Source of the DNA: a phage | Sequence record: OZ335955.1 | Reading direction: 5' to 3' (one strand) | Length of the DNA stretch: 47,047 nt | Shown here: positions 1 to 8,971 of the stretch, piece after piece | Layout: every line of letters begins with the position of its first letter | Position numbering within the stretch: position 1 is the first letter of the stretch | The notes under the pieces: model-generated | What the model was told of the DNA's origin: nothing | The model's database searches: none | What the model saw: the letters and a program-made list of their open reading frames with translations, nothing else | Position numbers and translations under genes: made by a program

Positions 1-1425
1 ATGGCTAGAAAAAGACTCTCAAGTGTGGCAATCGAAAAACTTGAACAGGCGGTTGGAAACTCAACTTCAAAGCCTGAGTCTGCTGTATTTGGCATTGTTA
101 ACAAACTGCTTGCCGATGGTACGCCTAATGTTATAAAGCGCCTAAAAATGACATCAACAGGCGTATCTGAAACAAACGAAGAACCAACAATCATCATTCC
201 CGAGAGAATGGAATTACTGCTTTATCCTCGTCGTTTCAAAGTGTTCTATGGTGGTAGGGGGAGCGGAAAGACGGCTAACGTTGTTTCTTACCTCATCGAA
301 AAGGCAAGATTCCGTAACAGTCGCGTCGGATGCTTTCGTGAGATACAGAACTCAATCAAAGAATCAAGCTATGCCGAACTGGTTGATGAGATAAACAGGA
401 AAGGACACACTCAGGAATATCGTTGCGTGGATGGTGAAATAACCCACCATTCAACGAGGTCAAAGTTTGTTTTCCGTGGTTTGTGGCGAAATATAACCGC
501 CATTAAGGGTATGGCTGGCCTTACAGATGTATTCTGTGAAGAATCAGAAAATATCAGCCAGGTTTCATGGGATACGCTAATCCCAACAGTCCGCGCCGCT
601 GGCTCTGAAATTATTATTGTTTTTAACCCAAACAAAGAGACGGACCCGACATGGACTAACTTTGTTGCGCCTTATATTGACAAGATGGTAGATGGCATAT
701 ATCAGGATGATGATATCGTTGTTGTTAATGTTAACTACGTCCATAACCCGTGGTTCACGGAAGAGCTGAAGCAGCACATGAACCAGATGAAGGCTGTGGA
801 TTATGATCGCTACCTTTGGGTGTATGAAGGCTTATTCAACAAGCGGTCTGAAGAAGCTGTGCTTGGCGGGAAATGGCAAACGCTGGACTTCGATCCATCT
901 CCAGAATGGGGAGGTCCTTACTACGGCATTGACTTTGGTTTTTCTCAGGATGCAACAGCAGCAACAGAGTCATATGTAGAAGATTTGGGAGATGGGCGCA
1001 GGAATCTATATATCTACCGCGACTTTGCAAAGGTTGGCCTTGAGATAACTGACACACCGGAGGCGATGCGCTCAGCATTCCCAAATTCAGAGAAGTACAG
1101 ATGGTATGGGGATTGCGCTCGCCCTGAGACAATAAGCCATATACGCCGATCTGGATTCGATATTCATCCGTGCGCTAAGTGGCCGGGTAGCATTGAGGAC
1201 GGAATCACGTGGTTACGTGGGTGCGACAGGATTTACGTACACTCAAGATGCAGGCACGTCATTGAAGAGATGACAATGTACAGCTACAAGGTGGATAAAT
1301 TAACAGGGAACATACTCCCTGACATAGTTGATAAATACAATCACGCGATTGATAGCCTACGATATGGCCTTGGAGACCATATCGTCCAGCGCGGTAGCGG
1401 GATGCTAATCCGGCGCAGGAGATAA
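1..1425 (+). CDS. terL: terminase large subunit
   Basis: 474-aa ORF with Walker A-like FYGGRGSGKT near the N-terminus and large-terminase size; directly upstream of portal gene. Confidence 0.85.
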   Translation: MARKRLSSVAIEKLEQAVGNSTSKPESAVFGIVNKLLADGTPNVIKRLKMTSTGVSETNEEPTIIIPERMELLLYPRRFKVFYGGRGSGKTANVVSYLIEKARFRNSRVGCFREIQNSIKESSYAELVDEINRKGHTQEYRCVDGEITHHSTRSKFVFRGLWRNITAIKGMAGLTDVFCEESENISQVSWDTLIPTVRAAGSEIIIVFNPNKETDPTWTNFVAPYIDKMVDGIYQDDDIVVVNVNYVHNPWFTEELKQHMNQMKAVDYDRYLWVYEGLFNKRSEEAVLGGKWQTLDFDPSPEWGGPYYGIDFGFSQDATAATESYVEDLGDGRRNLYIYRDFAKVGLEITDTPEAMRSAFPNSEKYRWYGDCARPETISHIRRSGFDIHPCAKWPGSIEDGITWLRGCDRIYVHSRCRHVIEEMTMYSYKVDKLTGNILPDIVDKYNHAIDSLRYGLGDHIVQRGSGMLIRRRR

Positions 1426-1430
1426 AAATA

Positions 1431-1456
1431 AAGCCCTCAAATGAGGGCTTGTTTTT
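1431..1456. terminator. rho-independent terminator (bidirectional hairpin)
   Basis: aagccctc-aaat-gagggctt stem-loop followed by gttttt; sits between convergent genes. Confidence 0.6.
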
Positions 1457-1646
1457 AGTTTAGGTATGCTGCTCGACCGGCCATGTATCCAGATAAGTAC
1501 ATTTTAAACCATTCGTTGCACTCGCCCTGTTCGTAATAAGCGCCAATCTTCCACATTTCCTTATCTTCTTTATCAAAACGAAAGCGGCCTTTGCAATTCA
1601 TTTCGAAGGATTTCATAATCTCGTACCATTCTTTGCTGTATAACAT
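1455..1646 (-). CDS. hypothetical protein
   Basis: ORF-track 1455..1679; start refined to ATG at 1646, the first ATG downstream of the predicted promoter and preceded by GAGG/GGGGAA. Confidence 0.4.
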   Translation of the reverse strand: MLYSKEWYEIMKSFEMNCKGRFRFDKEDKEMWKIGAYYEQGECNEWFKMYLSGYMAGRAAYLN

Positions 1647-1677
1647 TTTTGTTCCCCAACCTCGTTTCAATAAGGTC

Positions 1678-1706
1678 ATTCTACGCCACCATTGAATCTA
1701 CGTCAA
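1678..1706 (-). promoter_or_regulatory. sigma70-like promoter TTGACG-N17-TAGAAT (conserved family)
   Basis: reverse strand reads TTGACGTAGATTCAATGGTGGCGTAGAAT; drives the 1455..1646 gene. Confidence 0.5.
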
Positions 1707-1744
1707 CATTTATTATTAATGTTGGCAAATCCGCATCAACACAC

Positions 1745-1773
1745 TTGACCAATCTACACCGAGCGCATAGTAT
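1745..1773 (+). promoter_or_regulatory. sigma70-like promoter TTGACC-N17-TAGTAT
   Basis: TTGACCaatctacaccgagcgcaTAGTAT followed by atctacatca element; upstream of the 1804 ORF. Confidence 0.5.
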
Positions 1774-1803
1774 ATCTACATCAGGCTTAACGGAAATACT
1801 ATT

Positions 1804-2010
1804 ATGCGCAGCTATGCAGGATTCACACAGGAGGAAAAAGAACAGGTTTATTCACTGGCGCGCGCTGGTGTGCCTGATGAGGTTATTTGTCGCCGGTATG
1901 ACATCGACGAGGATTTCCTGCTGCGCGTTATTGATGATGTTTTCGTTAACCTGCAAGAGAAGCGCGGGTACAAGGGTATCTGCTGCAAGAATGATTTTTT
2001 GAGAGGGTGA
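1804..2010 (+). CDS. hypothetical protein
   Basis: 68-aa ORF with protein-like composition; preferred over overlapping 1649..2002 frame. Confidence 0.35.
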   Translation: MRSYAGFTQEEKEQVYSLARAGVPDEVICRRYDIDEDFLLRVIDDVFVNLQEKRGYKGICCKNDFLRG

Positions 2011-2014
2011 TGTG

Positions 2015-2209
2015 ATGATTAAGATAAGCAAGATGAGCAACAGAAGCAAGGTCGGTAGGATTGCTTTACTGCCAGTTTTTGTTCCAGTGTGGTTGTTATG
2101 GCTTTTATTTTCTGGCGCAAGAAATTTATTTGAGTATCTTGAATTTTGGCAGGCAAAGGTTATGCGAAAATTCCAAGATGTCATTGATAAGTGGTTTCCG
2201 CTTGGTTGA
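2015..2209 (+). CDS. small membrane protein
   Basis: ORF-track 2012..2209 starts at GTG; ATG at 2015 preceded by GAGGG; one predicted TM helix (LLPVFVPVWLLWLLF). Confidence 0.4.
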   Translation: MIKISKMSNRSKVGRIALLPVFVPVWLLWLLFSGARNLFEYLEFWQAKVMRKFQDVIDKWFPLG

Positions 2210-2217
2210 GGTGAGTG

Positions 2218-2337
2218 ATGAGCGTTTATTTTATTCATGCAGAAGCTATTCTCAATAATGGCTGCGTTGCCGAGAAGGTCGGTAAAGTGATAATTGCTAC
2301 TAATGCGGCCGCTGCGCTTGCTGGGTTTTGGTTGTAG
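2218..2337 (+). CDS. small hypothetical protein (39 aa)
   Basis: ATG preceded by GAGGTGA; below ORF-track size cut-off. Confidence 0.25.
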   Translation: MSVYFIHAEAILNNGCVAEKVGKVIIATNAAAALAGFWL

Positions 2338-2405
2338 GATAGCGTGTCAGAGTTGACTGACCAGGGCATTAAAGTAGTTATCGACAAATTCGAAAAGGTG
2401 GAATG

Positions 2406-2567
2406 ATGGCACTATTCTGGTCGTTCTGTATTCCATTGAACTTTATGTTCTGGTGGGCTATGGCTGCCGGAGCGAGTGAGCCAAGCTGGAAGCATTTCAT
2501 GGTTGGCTCATTTTTCGCCGTGGTAACTGGCGTTGTGCCATGTTTGCTGTATCAATATTTCAAATAG
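2406..2567 (+). CDS. small membrane protein (53 aa)
   Basis: AAGGTGG upstream; highly hydrophobic product MALFWSFCIPLNFMFWW...; not in ORF track (<60 aa). Confidence 0.3.
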   Translation: MALFWSFCIPLNFMFWWAMAAGASEPSWKHFMVGSFFAVVTGVVPCLLYQYFK

Positions 2568-2577
2568 AGGTGGAGTG

Positions 2578-2781
2578 ATGGACAGAAAACATCTTCACGA
2601 GATGTCTGTTGAACTTAGAAAAAGATTTGAGAGCATCTGGTTTGATAACCTTCATGAACTCAATGATAAGCGATATCAGATTTACGCAAAATGCAGAGGG
2701 TTGGTGGTCGGGGATAGGATGGAAAATGCTGTATTCCATCACAGTAACGCCACGATGCACAGGCGAGCCTTCGACTACTGA
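2578..2781 (+). CDS. hypothetical protein
   Basis: ORF-track 2533..2781; ATG at 2578 preceded by AGAGGTGGAG. Confidence 0.4.
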   Translation: MDRKHLHEMSVELRKRFESIWFDNLHELNDKRYQIYAKCRGLVVGDRMENAVFHHSNATMHRRAFDY

Positions 2782-2793
2782 TACCATGCTATA

Positions 2794-2822
2794 ATCCCAT
2801 CCAACGTGATGGGATTTTTTTA
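2794..2822 (+). terminator. rho-independent terminator
   Basis: atcccatc-caacgt-gatgggat hairpin followed by T7 run. Confidence 0.6.
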
Positions 2823-2829
2823 TTGGTGA

Positions 2830-4254
<1,425 letters not shown>

Positions 4255-4348
4255 TATAATCATAAATGCAGCTAGTCCGGCCAGACGAAAAGGTGAACGT
4301 AGACACCCTGCTGCATCCTCAATCTACGAACCTACTACGGGGTTACTC

Positions 4349-4990
4349 ATGGCAAAAAGACTCACCACGGAAGAATTCATTTCTCGCGCCAGACAAAAAC
4401 ATGGCGACAAGTGCATTTATCATAAATGTGAATACGTCAACGCAAAAACAAAAATCGTCATAACATGCAAAAAGCACGGCGATTTCACGCAATCACCAAG
4501 TGACCACCTGCAAGGAAAGGGGTGCAAGAGGTGTGCAGATATCTCAGGGTGGGATAAGAGAAAGATAACAACCTCCGAATTTGTCTTGAAGGCAAACGCG
4601 ATACACTCCAACAAGTACACATATGAAAAAGCCAAGTATAAGCAATGTCATTTAAAGGTGTGCATAACATGCAGAAGGCATGGTGATTTTTATCAATCAC
4701 CAAGTAGTCATTTAAGGGGCTTTGGTTGTCCATCGTGCAAGTTTGAATTAAATGCAGAAAGATGCAGAATGACAAAATCAGAGTTCATATCAAGGTCAAA
4801 TGAACTGCATGGTGACTCATATGACTACTCAATGGTGGAGTATAAAAACAATAACACCAAAGTTGCTATATTGTGTAAGGAGCACGGATTGTTCATGATG
4901 TCACCTGGCAATCATCTTGCTGGCACGCAAAGTACGGATTTGATTATAAAAGGGAAGGTTTTGTATATTTCCTCATGGGTGATGGTGTGA
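4349..4990 (+). CDS. homing-endonuclease-like protein, N-terminal part with three tandem ~60-aa Cys/His repeat modules
   Basis: ORF-track 4190..4990, start refined to ATG 4349 after portal stop; three repeats of pattern EFI-R--HGD-Y-Y-----N---KV-I-C--HG-F---P--HL-G-GC; ends GKVLYISSW just before a frame change. Confidence 0.45.
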   Translation: MAKRLTTEEFISRARQKHGDKCIYHKCEYVNAKTKIVITCKKHGDFTQSPSDHLQGKGCKRCADISGWDKRKITTSEFVLKANAIHSNKYTYEKAKYKQCHLKVCITCRRHGDFYQSPSSHLRGFGCPSCKFELNAERCRMTKSEFISRSNELHGDSYDYSMVEYKNNNTKVAILCKEHGLFMMSPGNHLAGTQSTDLIIKGKVLYISSWVMV

Positions 4991-5232
4991 TAAAAGTTGG
5001 CATAACAAATGATATAAGACAAAGGATTGCAAGATTATCAAGGAGGACACCTTTTGAATTTTCCTTGATTGCAAAAATAAAAACAACCGGGGAAGAAGCT
5101 GCGGCGATTGAAAAGTATTATCATAACAAATATGAATCAGCCGGTCTTTATGGTTTTGATGGTGCAACAGAGTGGTTGAAATATTCGACAGAACTTATGA
5201 ATGAGATCATGAATGAAGATACTCCGGTTTAA
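4975..5232 (+). CDS. T5orf172/GIY-YIG-like nuclease domain (C-terminal part of split gene)
   Basis: GVIKVGITNDIRQRIARLSRRTPFEF...KYYHNKYESAG resembles the T5orf172 domain; different frame from 4349..4990, overlapping by 16 nt. Confidence 0.45.
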   Translation: MGDGVIKVGITNDIRQRIARLSRRTPFEFSLIAKIKTTGEEAAAIEKYYHNKYESAGLYGFDGATEWLKYSTELMNEIMNEDTPV

Positions 5233-6163
5233 CGCAAGGCTACCTCAACCGCGCATATCACAGAGCATTACTGATCCGTTGGGCGCTGCAACCCGTCTGT
5301 CAAAGATGGATAAGGTAATAACGCGCAAATATAAGCAACTCAGGACTCGTGCGCTTGAGTTGTTTCGCACCATTCCGCATAGTCAGGTCAACGCAGAATC
5401 AAGCGAACTGTATTTCTATGACTTCAGTAGTGCGCGGGCTGCCACCTTCATGGATGAGTTGCAGGCGCTGATTGACGAGATTCTGCTTGAAGGTGATGAT
5501 TTCGGTCACGGCAGAATGTGGGCTAACGTGTTTATTGGTGATGCGTATCAGACTGGCACGCAGAAGGCTAACTCAGAACTGTCAAGCCTGTCTCCGGTTT
5601 ATACCGAACAAAGGCCGATTGCCGCGATACTCTACAGCGAGCCTTACCTTAATCGCCTGCAACTGGCATACACATCCGGATACTCAGACTGGCGCGGATT
5701 GAGTGATTATTCCCGTCAGCAACTGGCATCTGTCATTATGGAAGGCATTGCCCGGGGTGCTAATCCTCGTGATGTTGAATCTGATATCGTTAAGCGTGTC
5801 GATGTGTCTCACAGCTACGCGAAACAGATAGCGCAGACTGAAATCACCGGAACGCTACGACAGGCTCACAGGAGGGAAGTCATTGAGGCGCGCGAGGAAT
5901 TGGGTATTGAGACTGTGATGCTGTGGCAATCGGCATTAATGCGCACAACGCGCCAGACTCACGCGGCGAGACACGGACGGTTTTATACACCAGAAGAGAT
6001 TGATACGTTCTATAGCGAAGTTGCTAATCGCAGGAATTGTCACTGCGCTCAAACCCCGGCGTTATTAATGGATGGAAAACCAGTCATTCTTGAGTCATCA
6101 CAGGAAAGGCTTGATAAGCAACGCGAGGCGTGGCAATCAGTCAACAAAAAGCCCTCTAAGTGA
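5213..6163 (+). CDS. head morphogenesis protein (Mu F-like / SPP1 gp7 family)
   Basis: QTEITGT...W...RTTRQTHAARHGRFY motif block typical of the family; follows portal; true start may be downstream (about 5306). Confidence 0.75.
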   Translation: MKILRFNARLPQPRISQSITDPLGAATRLSKMDKVITRKYKQLRTRALELFRTIPHSQVNAESSELYFYDFSSARAATFMDELQALIDEILLEGDDFGHGRMWANVFIGDAYQTGTQKANSELSSLSPVYTEQRPIAAILYSEPYLNRLQLAYTSGYSDWRGLSDYSRQQLASVIMEGIARGANPRDVESDIVKRVDVSHSYAKQIAQTEITGTLRQAHRREVIEAREELGIETVMLWQSALMRTTRQTHAARHGRFYTPEEIDTFYSEVANRRNCHCAQTPALLMDGKPVILESSQERLDKQREAWQSVNKKPSK

Positions 6164-6176
6164 GGGCTTGGTTTTA
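6149..6176 (+). terminator. rho-independent terminator
   Basis: aagccctc-taagt-gagggctt hairpin overlapping the stop codon, followed by ggtttt. Confidence 0.55.
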
Positions 6177-6246
6177 TCTTATTAGCATGCACAGAACAAA
6201 TATTATTATCGCATAGCACAATATCTCTACGATGCTGAATATTGTT

Positions 6247-6831
6247 TTAATCATCCAGTTTCACGCCGGGAATCTTGCCTGCTGCGATGGCTTCATAAAT
6301 TAGCTTGGCCTCACCCTCGCGCTTGTAATCTTGAGCTACCATTTCTAATACCGCGCAGATAGATTCAAGTACAGCCTCATGCTTCCTTTCTGATTCTGTG
6401 CGGAGTGGGCGGAACTGCGGTTTGTCGATGATGATATCCTTTGCTATTTCCGTGCCCTGCTCTACGCCGAGTATTTTAGTTATTCCATAAATAACAACCA
6501 GTTGGTCTGACGCATATTTAATTGTTACCGGATACCACTCACCGTTGTTGTCGCGATACTCACACTCACACCCCACTGGCGGTAGGCCTTCTCCGTTCCA
6601 TGCGGGCTTTTGCGATGCTGCTAGTGCGGATTCGTATTGGTCCTTGCTAATTTCAATGTCATTATCTTCCACTTCAGAATCCATCTCAATGCACCATTCT
6701 GACGGACAATCACCATTGGCATCAATGAAGTACAGCGTGGTGTTGCTGCATAAAAAACCAGCCTCCACCGCACCATCAGGCCACCCACCACGCTTAGGCA
6801 ATTCTTGAACTAACAGGTCGATAAGTTTCAT
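6247..6831 (-). CDS. hypothetical protein
   Basis: 194-aa ORF, last gene of a minus-strand cassette. Confidence 0.5.
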   Translation of the reverse strand: MKLIDLLVQELPKRGGWPDGAVEAGFLCSNTTLYFIDANGDCPSEWCIEMDSEVEDNDIEISKDQYESALAASQKPAWNGEGLPPVGCECEYRDNNGEWYPVTIKYASDQLVVIYGITKILGVEQGTEIAKDIIIDKPQFRPLRTESERKHEAVLESICAVLEMVAQDYKREGEAKLIYEAIAAGKIPGVKLDD

Positions 6832-7052
6832 TTTGTTTCTCCATCAAAAAGGATTTCTTTGTATTCATCACTAACTTCATATGCTTTATTTAGTTCAAAT
6901 ACCTCATAGGAGTTTTGACCACCTTCTCGCCATGAGTTTTTGTCATTTAGTTTTGCGGCAACAGCGTCGGCTTCATGCTTGTGTGGATAAATAGCAACGA
7001 CATTTGATGAGACGCCGCATTCGATACAACCAACATTAAATACAAGCCACAT
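6828..7052 (-). CDS. hypothetical protein
   Basis: 74-aa ORF, 4-nt overlap with downstream gene (translational coupling). Confidence 0.45.
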   Translation of the reverse strand: MWLVFNVGCIECGVSSNVVAIYPHKHEADAVAAKLNDKNSWREGGQNSYEVFELNKAYEVSDEYKEILFDGETK

Positions 7053-7062
7053 AATTATTCTC

Positions 7063-7350
7063 CTAACGCCTTATTAACCGCCGCATGCGCATTATCAAGA
7101 GCGCGGCGCTTGCTTGATGTTGTCCAGCCTTGCCGTATTGGTCGTCGTAGATTTCAAGTAGTTGCTGGAGTGCTGATAGTAGCTCTGGCGATTCTGCGAT
7201 TAATTTTGCGTTATGCCATTGTTCGGTTTTATCACCGTTATATGTTGGAGTTAACGCAATCTCAACGCCAATATCCGAGACAACATCTGGCGCGTTATCG
7301 TCACCATTAACAACCTCCCACACACCCGGCGTACCTTTAAATTTTCTCAT
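7063..7350 (-). CDS. hypothetical protein
   Basis: ORF-track 7063..7362 starts at GTG; ATG at 7350 preferred; product contains GTPGVWEV...NAKLIAESPELL motif seen in many enterobacterial phage proteins. Confidence 0.45.
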   Translation of the reverse strand: MRKFKGTPGVWEVVNGDDNAPDVVSDIGVEIALTPTYNGDKTEQWHNAKLIAESPELLSALQQLLEIYDDQYGKAGQHQASAALLIMRMRRLIRR

Positions 7351-7358
7351 CACCAATC

Positions 7359-7502
7359 TCACTTAATATATTCAATGATTTCGCATTCACGTATCTGCAC
7401 CAGACCAAATGGCGCAACCACTTTACCGCACGGACGGATTTTGATTTGCTCAAGGCAGAACACTCCGCAGCGTCCGTTTTCTTTGAATTTGACCATTACC
7501 AT
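7359..7502 (-). CDS. small Cys-containing protein (47 aa)
   Basis: MVMVKFKENGRCGVFCLEQIKIRPCGK...; not in ORF track (<60 aa). Confidence 0.25.
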   Translation of the reverse strand: MVMVKFKENGRCGVFCLEQIKIRPCGKVVAPFGLVQIRECEIIEYIK

Positions 7503-7511
7503 GATTTAACC

Positions 7512-7898
7512 TTAAAAAATAATTAATGTAGGCTGCAATTCTTCTTCATACCAAGTCCAGCCAATACACCGCCCTTCCATGGCGTCAATGTAAGGCTTTA
7601 CCCAATCCAAAAATGCCTGAATCTCACCGCTATAGTTTTTGATATCGCTGCGACTGAAGATGTATTGCTCGTCGCTGTAGTCAAATTTTGGGCAACTATT
7701 AACTACGGATGGGTGATGGTAAAAGCTACAGTAGTTACCAATAGAATCCCAGCGCGGTAGTGTGAAAAATTCATGCTCAGGAAGCTTTACCGGCCTGTCG
7801 GCACCAGCAAACATATACTGGATTACATCCATCACCTCTTTCGGTACACCCCCCCCCTTAATCTGACACTTTAAAACCAACTCTGTGTACATTCCCAT
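7512..7898 (-). CDS. hypothetical protein (contains G9 homopolymer in coding strand)
   Basis: 128-aa ORF, first gene after the minus promoter at 7931..7959; run of nine C at 7849..7857 encodes KGGGV. Confidence 0.5.
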   Translation of the reverse strand: MGMYTELVLKCQIKGGGVPKEVMDVIQYMFAGADRPVKLPEHEFFTLPRWDSIGNYCSFYHHPSVVNSCPKFDYSDEQYIFSRSDIKNYSGEIQAFLDWVKPYIDAMEGRCIGWTWYEEELQPTLIIF

Positions 7899-7930
7899 CT
7901 TTTATTCCTCACCGTTTGATTGATGTAGAT

Positions 7931-7959
7931 ACTATACGCCACCGCTCAATCTACGTCAA
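7931..7959 (-). promoter_or_regulatory. sigma70-like promoter TTGACG-N17-TATAGT (conserved family)
   Basis: reverse strand reads TTGACGTAGATTGAGCGGTGGCGTATAGT followed by ATCTACATCA; divergent from an extended -10 (TGaTAGAAT, 7968..7976) on the plus strand. Confidence 0.55.
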
Positions 7960-8002
7960 CACCATTGTGATAGAATTAATCATTATTTGAACAGGAGGCA
8001 TA

Positions 8003-8281
8003 ATGAAACTATCGCAACGCGGCATGGAGACGCTTGGAATCACCGATGCCGTGGATATATCGCCTTACATCACCACTGACACAACGCAGAATCAGTTCGA
8101 CGCGCTGACAAGCCTTGCCACCGACATCGGCATTGACGTGTTCCGTAAATCAACACTTCTGAAGAAACACAACCTGCGCTGCTTCTCATGTGCTGTTGCG
8201 CATTTCATCGTGTGGGGTGAGAAGACTGACGACAAAGCTAAGCGCAAAACTGAAAAAGAGGTTTACTGGTATGGCTATTAG
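8003..8281 (+). CDS. lysozyme-like protein, C-terminal domain only (probable remnant)
   Basis: TQNQFDALTSLATDIGIDVFRKSTLLKKHNL...F..W matches the C-terminal half of P22 gp19 / T4 e-type lysozymes; N-terminal catalytic E/D/T region absent; strong RBS AGGAGG. Confidence 0.5.
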   Translation: MKLSQRGMETLGITDAVDISPYITTDTTQNQFDALTSLATDIGIDVFRKSTLLKKHNLRCFSCAVAHFIVWGEKTDDKAKRKTEKEVYWYGY

Positions 8282-8735
8282 CAAAAACATGAAGGCGTTT
8301 CTGGATATGCTGGCGTACAGCGAGGGCACGGATAACGGGCGACAGAAAACCAATAATCATGGTTATGATGTAATTGTTGGCGGCTCGCTATTTACTGACT
8401 ACTCAGACCACCCGAGAAAGCTGATTAGCCTGCCAAAGCTGGGTATCCAATCCACTGCCGCCGGACGCTATCAGGTGCTGGCTAAGTTTTATGACGCGTA
8501 CAAAAAGCAGTTGCGCCTGCCTGACTTCTCCCCCGCATCGCAGGACGCCATTGCAATGCAGCTAATCCGTGAATGCAAAGCAACCGCAGATATTGAGGCT
8601 GGTCGCATTGCCGATGCCATCCATAAATGCCGTTCCCGCTGGGCTTCGTTGCCGGGCGCTGGCTATGGTCAGCATGAGCAGAAACTGGATAAGCTGATTC
8701 AGGTATACAAGGCCGCTGGCGGAGGTGTGGCATGA
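8271..8735 (+). CDS. R: endolysin, lambda R-type
   Basis: ORF-track 8190..8735 starts at GTG; ATG at 8271; product MAISKNMKAFLDMLAYSEGTDNGRQKTNNHGYDVIVGG...WASLPGAGYGQ is near-colinear with lambda R. Confidence 0.85.
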   Translation: MAISKNMKAFLDMLAYSEGTDNGRQKTNNHGYDVIVGGSLFTDYSDHPRKLISLPKLGIQSTAAGRYQVLAKFYDAYKKQLRLPDFSPASQDAIAMQLIRECKATADIEAGRIADAIHKCRSRWASLPGAGYGQHEQKLDKLIQVYKAAGGGVA

Positions 8736-8971
8736 AAAAGCTAAGCAACTGGCTGCTCGGCGCGTGGATTTCGTTCTGCTCGCTGTTGCAGCTATGGCCT
8801 GATGCAATGATGCATGTATGGGTAATGATGCCGGATGACCTGAAATCAGCACTACCGCCAATCGTGGTTAAAGGGGTGAGCTATTCAATCATGCTGGTTG
8901 GTATTCTCACCAAAATGCACGGCATGAGGAAGGAAAACCGGAGGTTGCGCAATGATGTCGATTCTCGCTAA
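8732..8971 (+). CDS. holin candidate (two-TM membrane protein)
   Basis: 79 aa, two hydrophobic helices and charged C-terminus; ATGA overlap with endolysin stop; lies between endolysin and spanin. Confidence 0.45.
   Translation: MKKLSNWLLGAWISFCSLLQLWPDAMMHVWVMMPDDLKSALPPIVVKGVSYSIMLVGILTKMHGMRKENRRLRNDVDSR

Noticed and set aside
1649-2002. 117-aa plus-strand ORF overlapping the 1804..2010 ORF
   Set aside because: Starts inside the divergent promoter region, product is low-complexity; the 1804 frame looks more protein-like.
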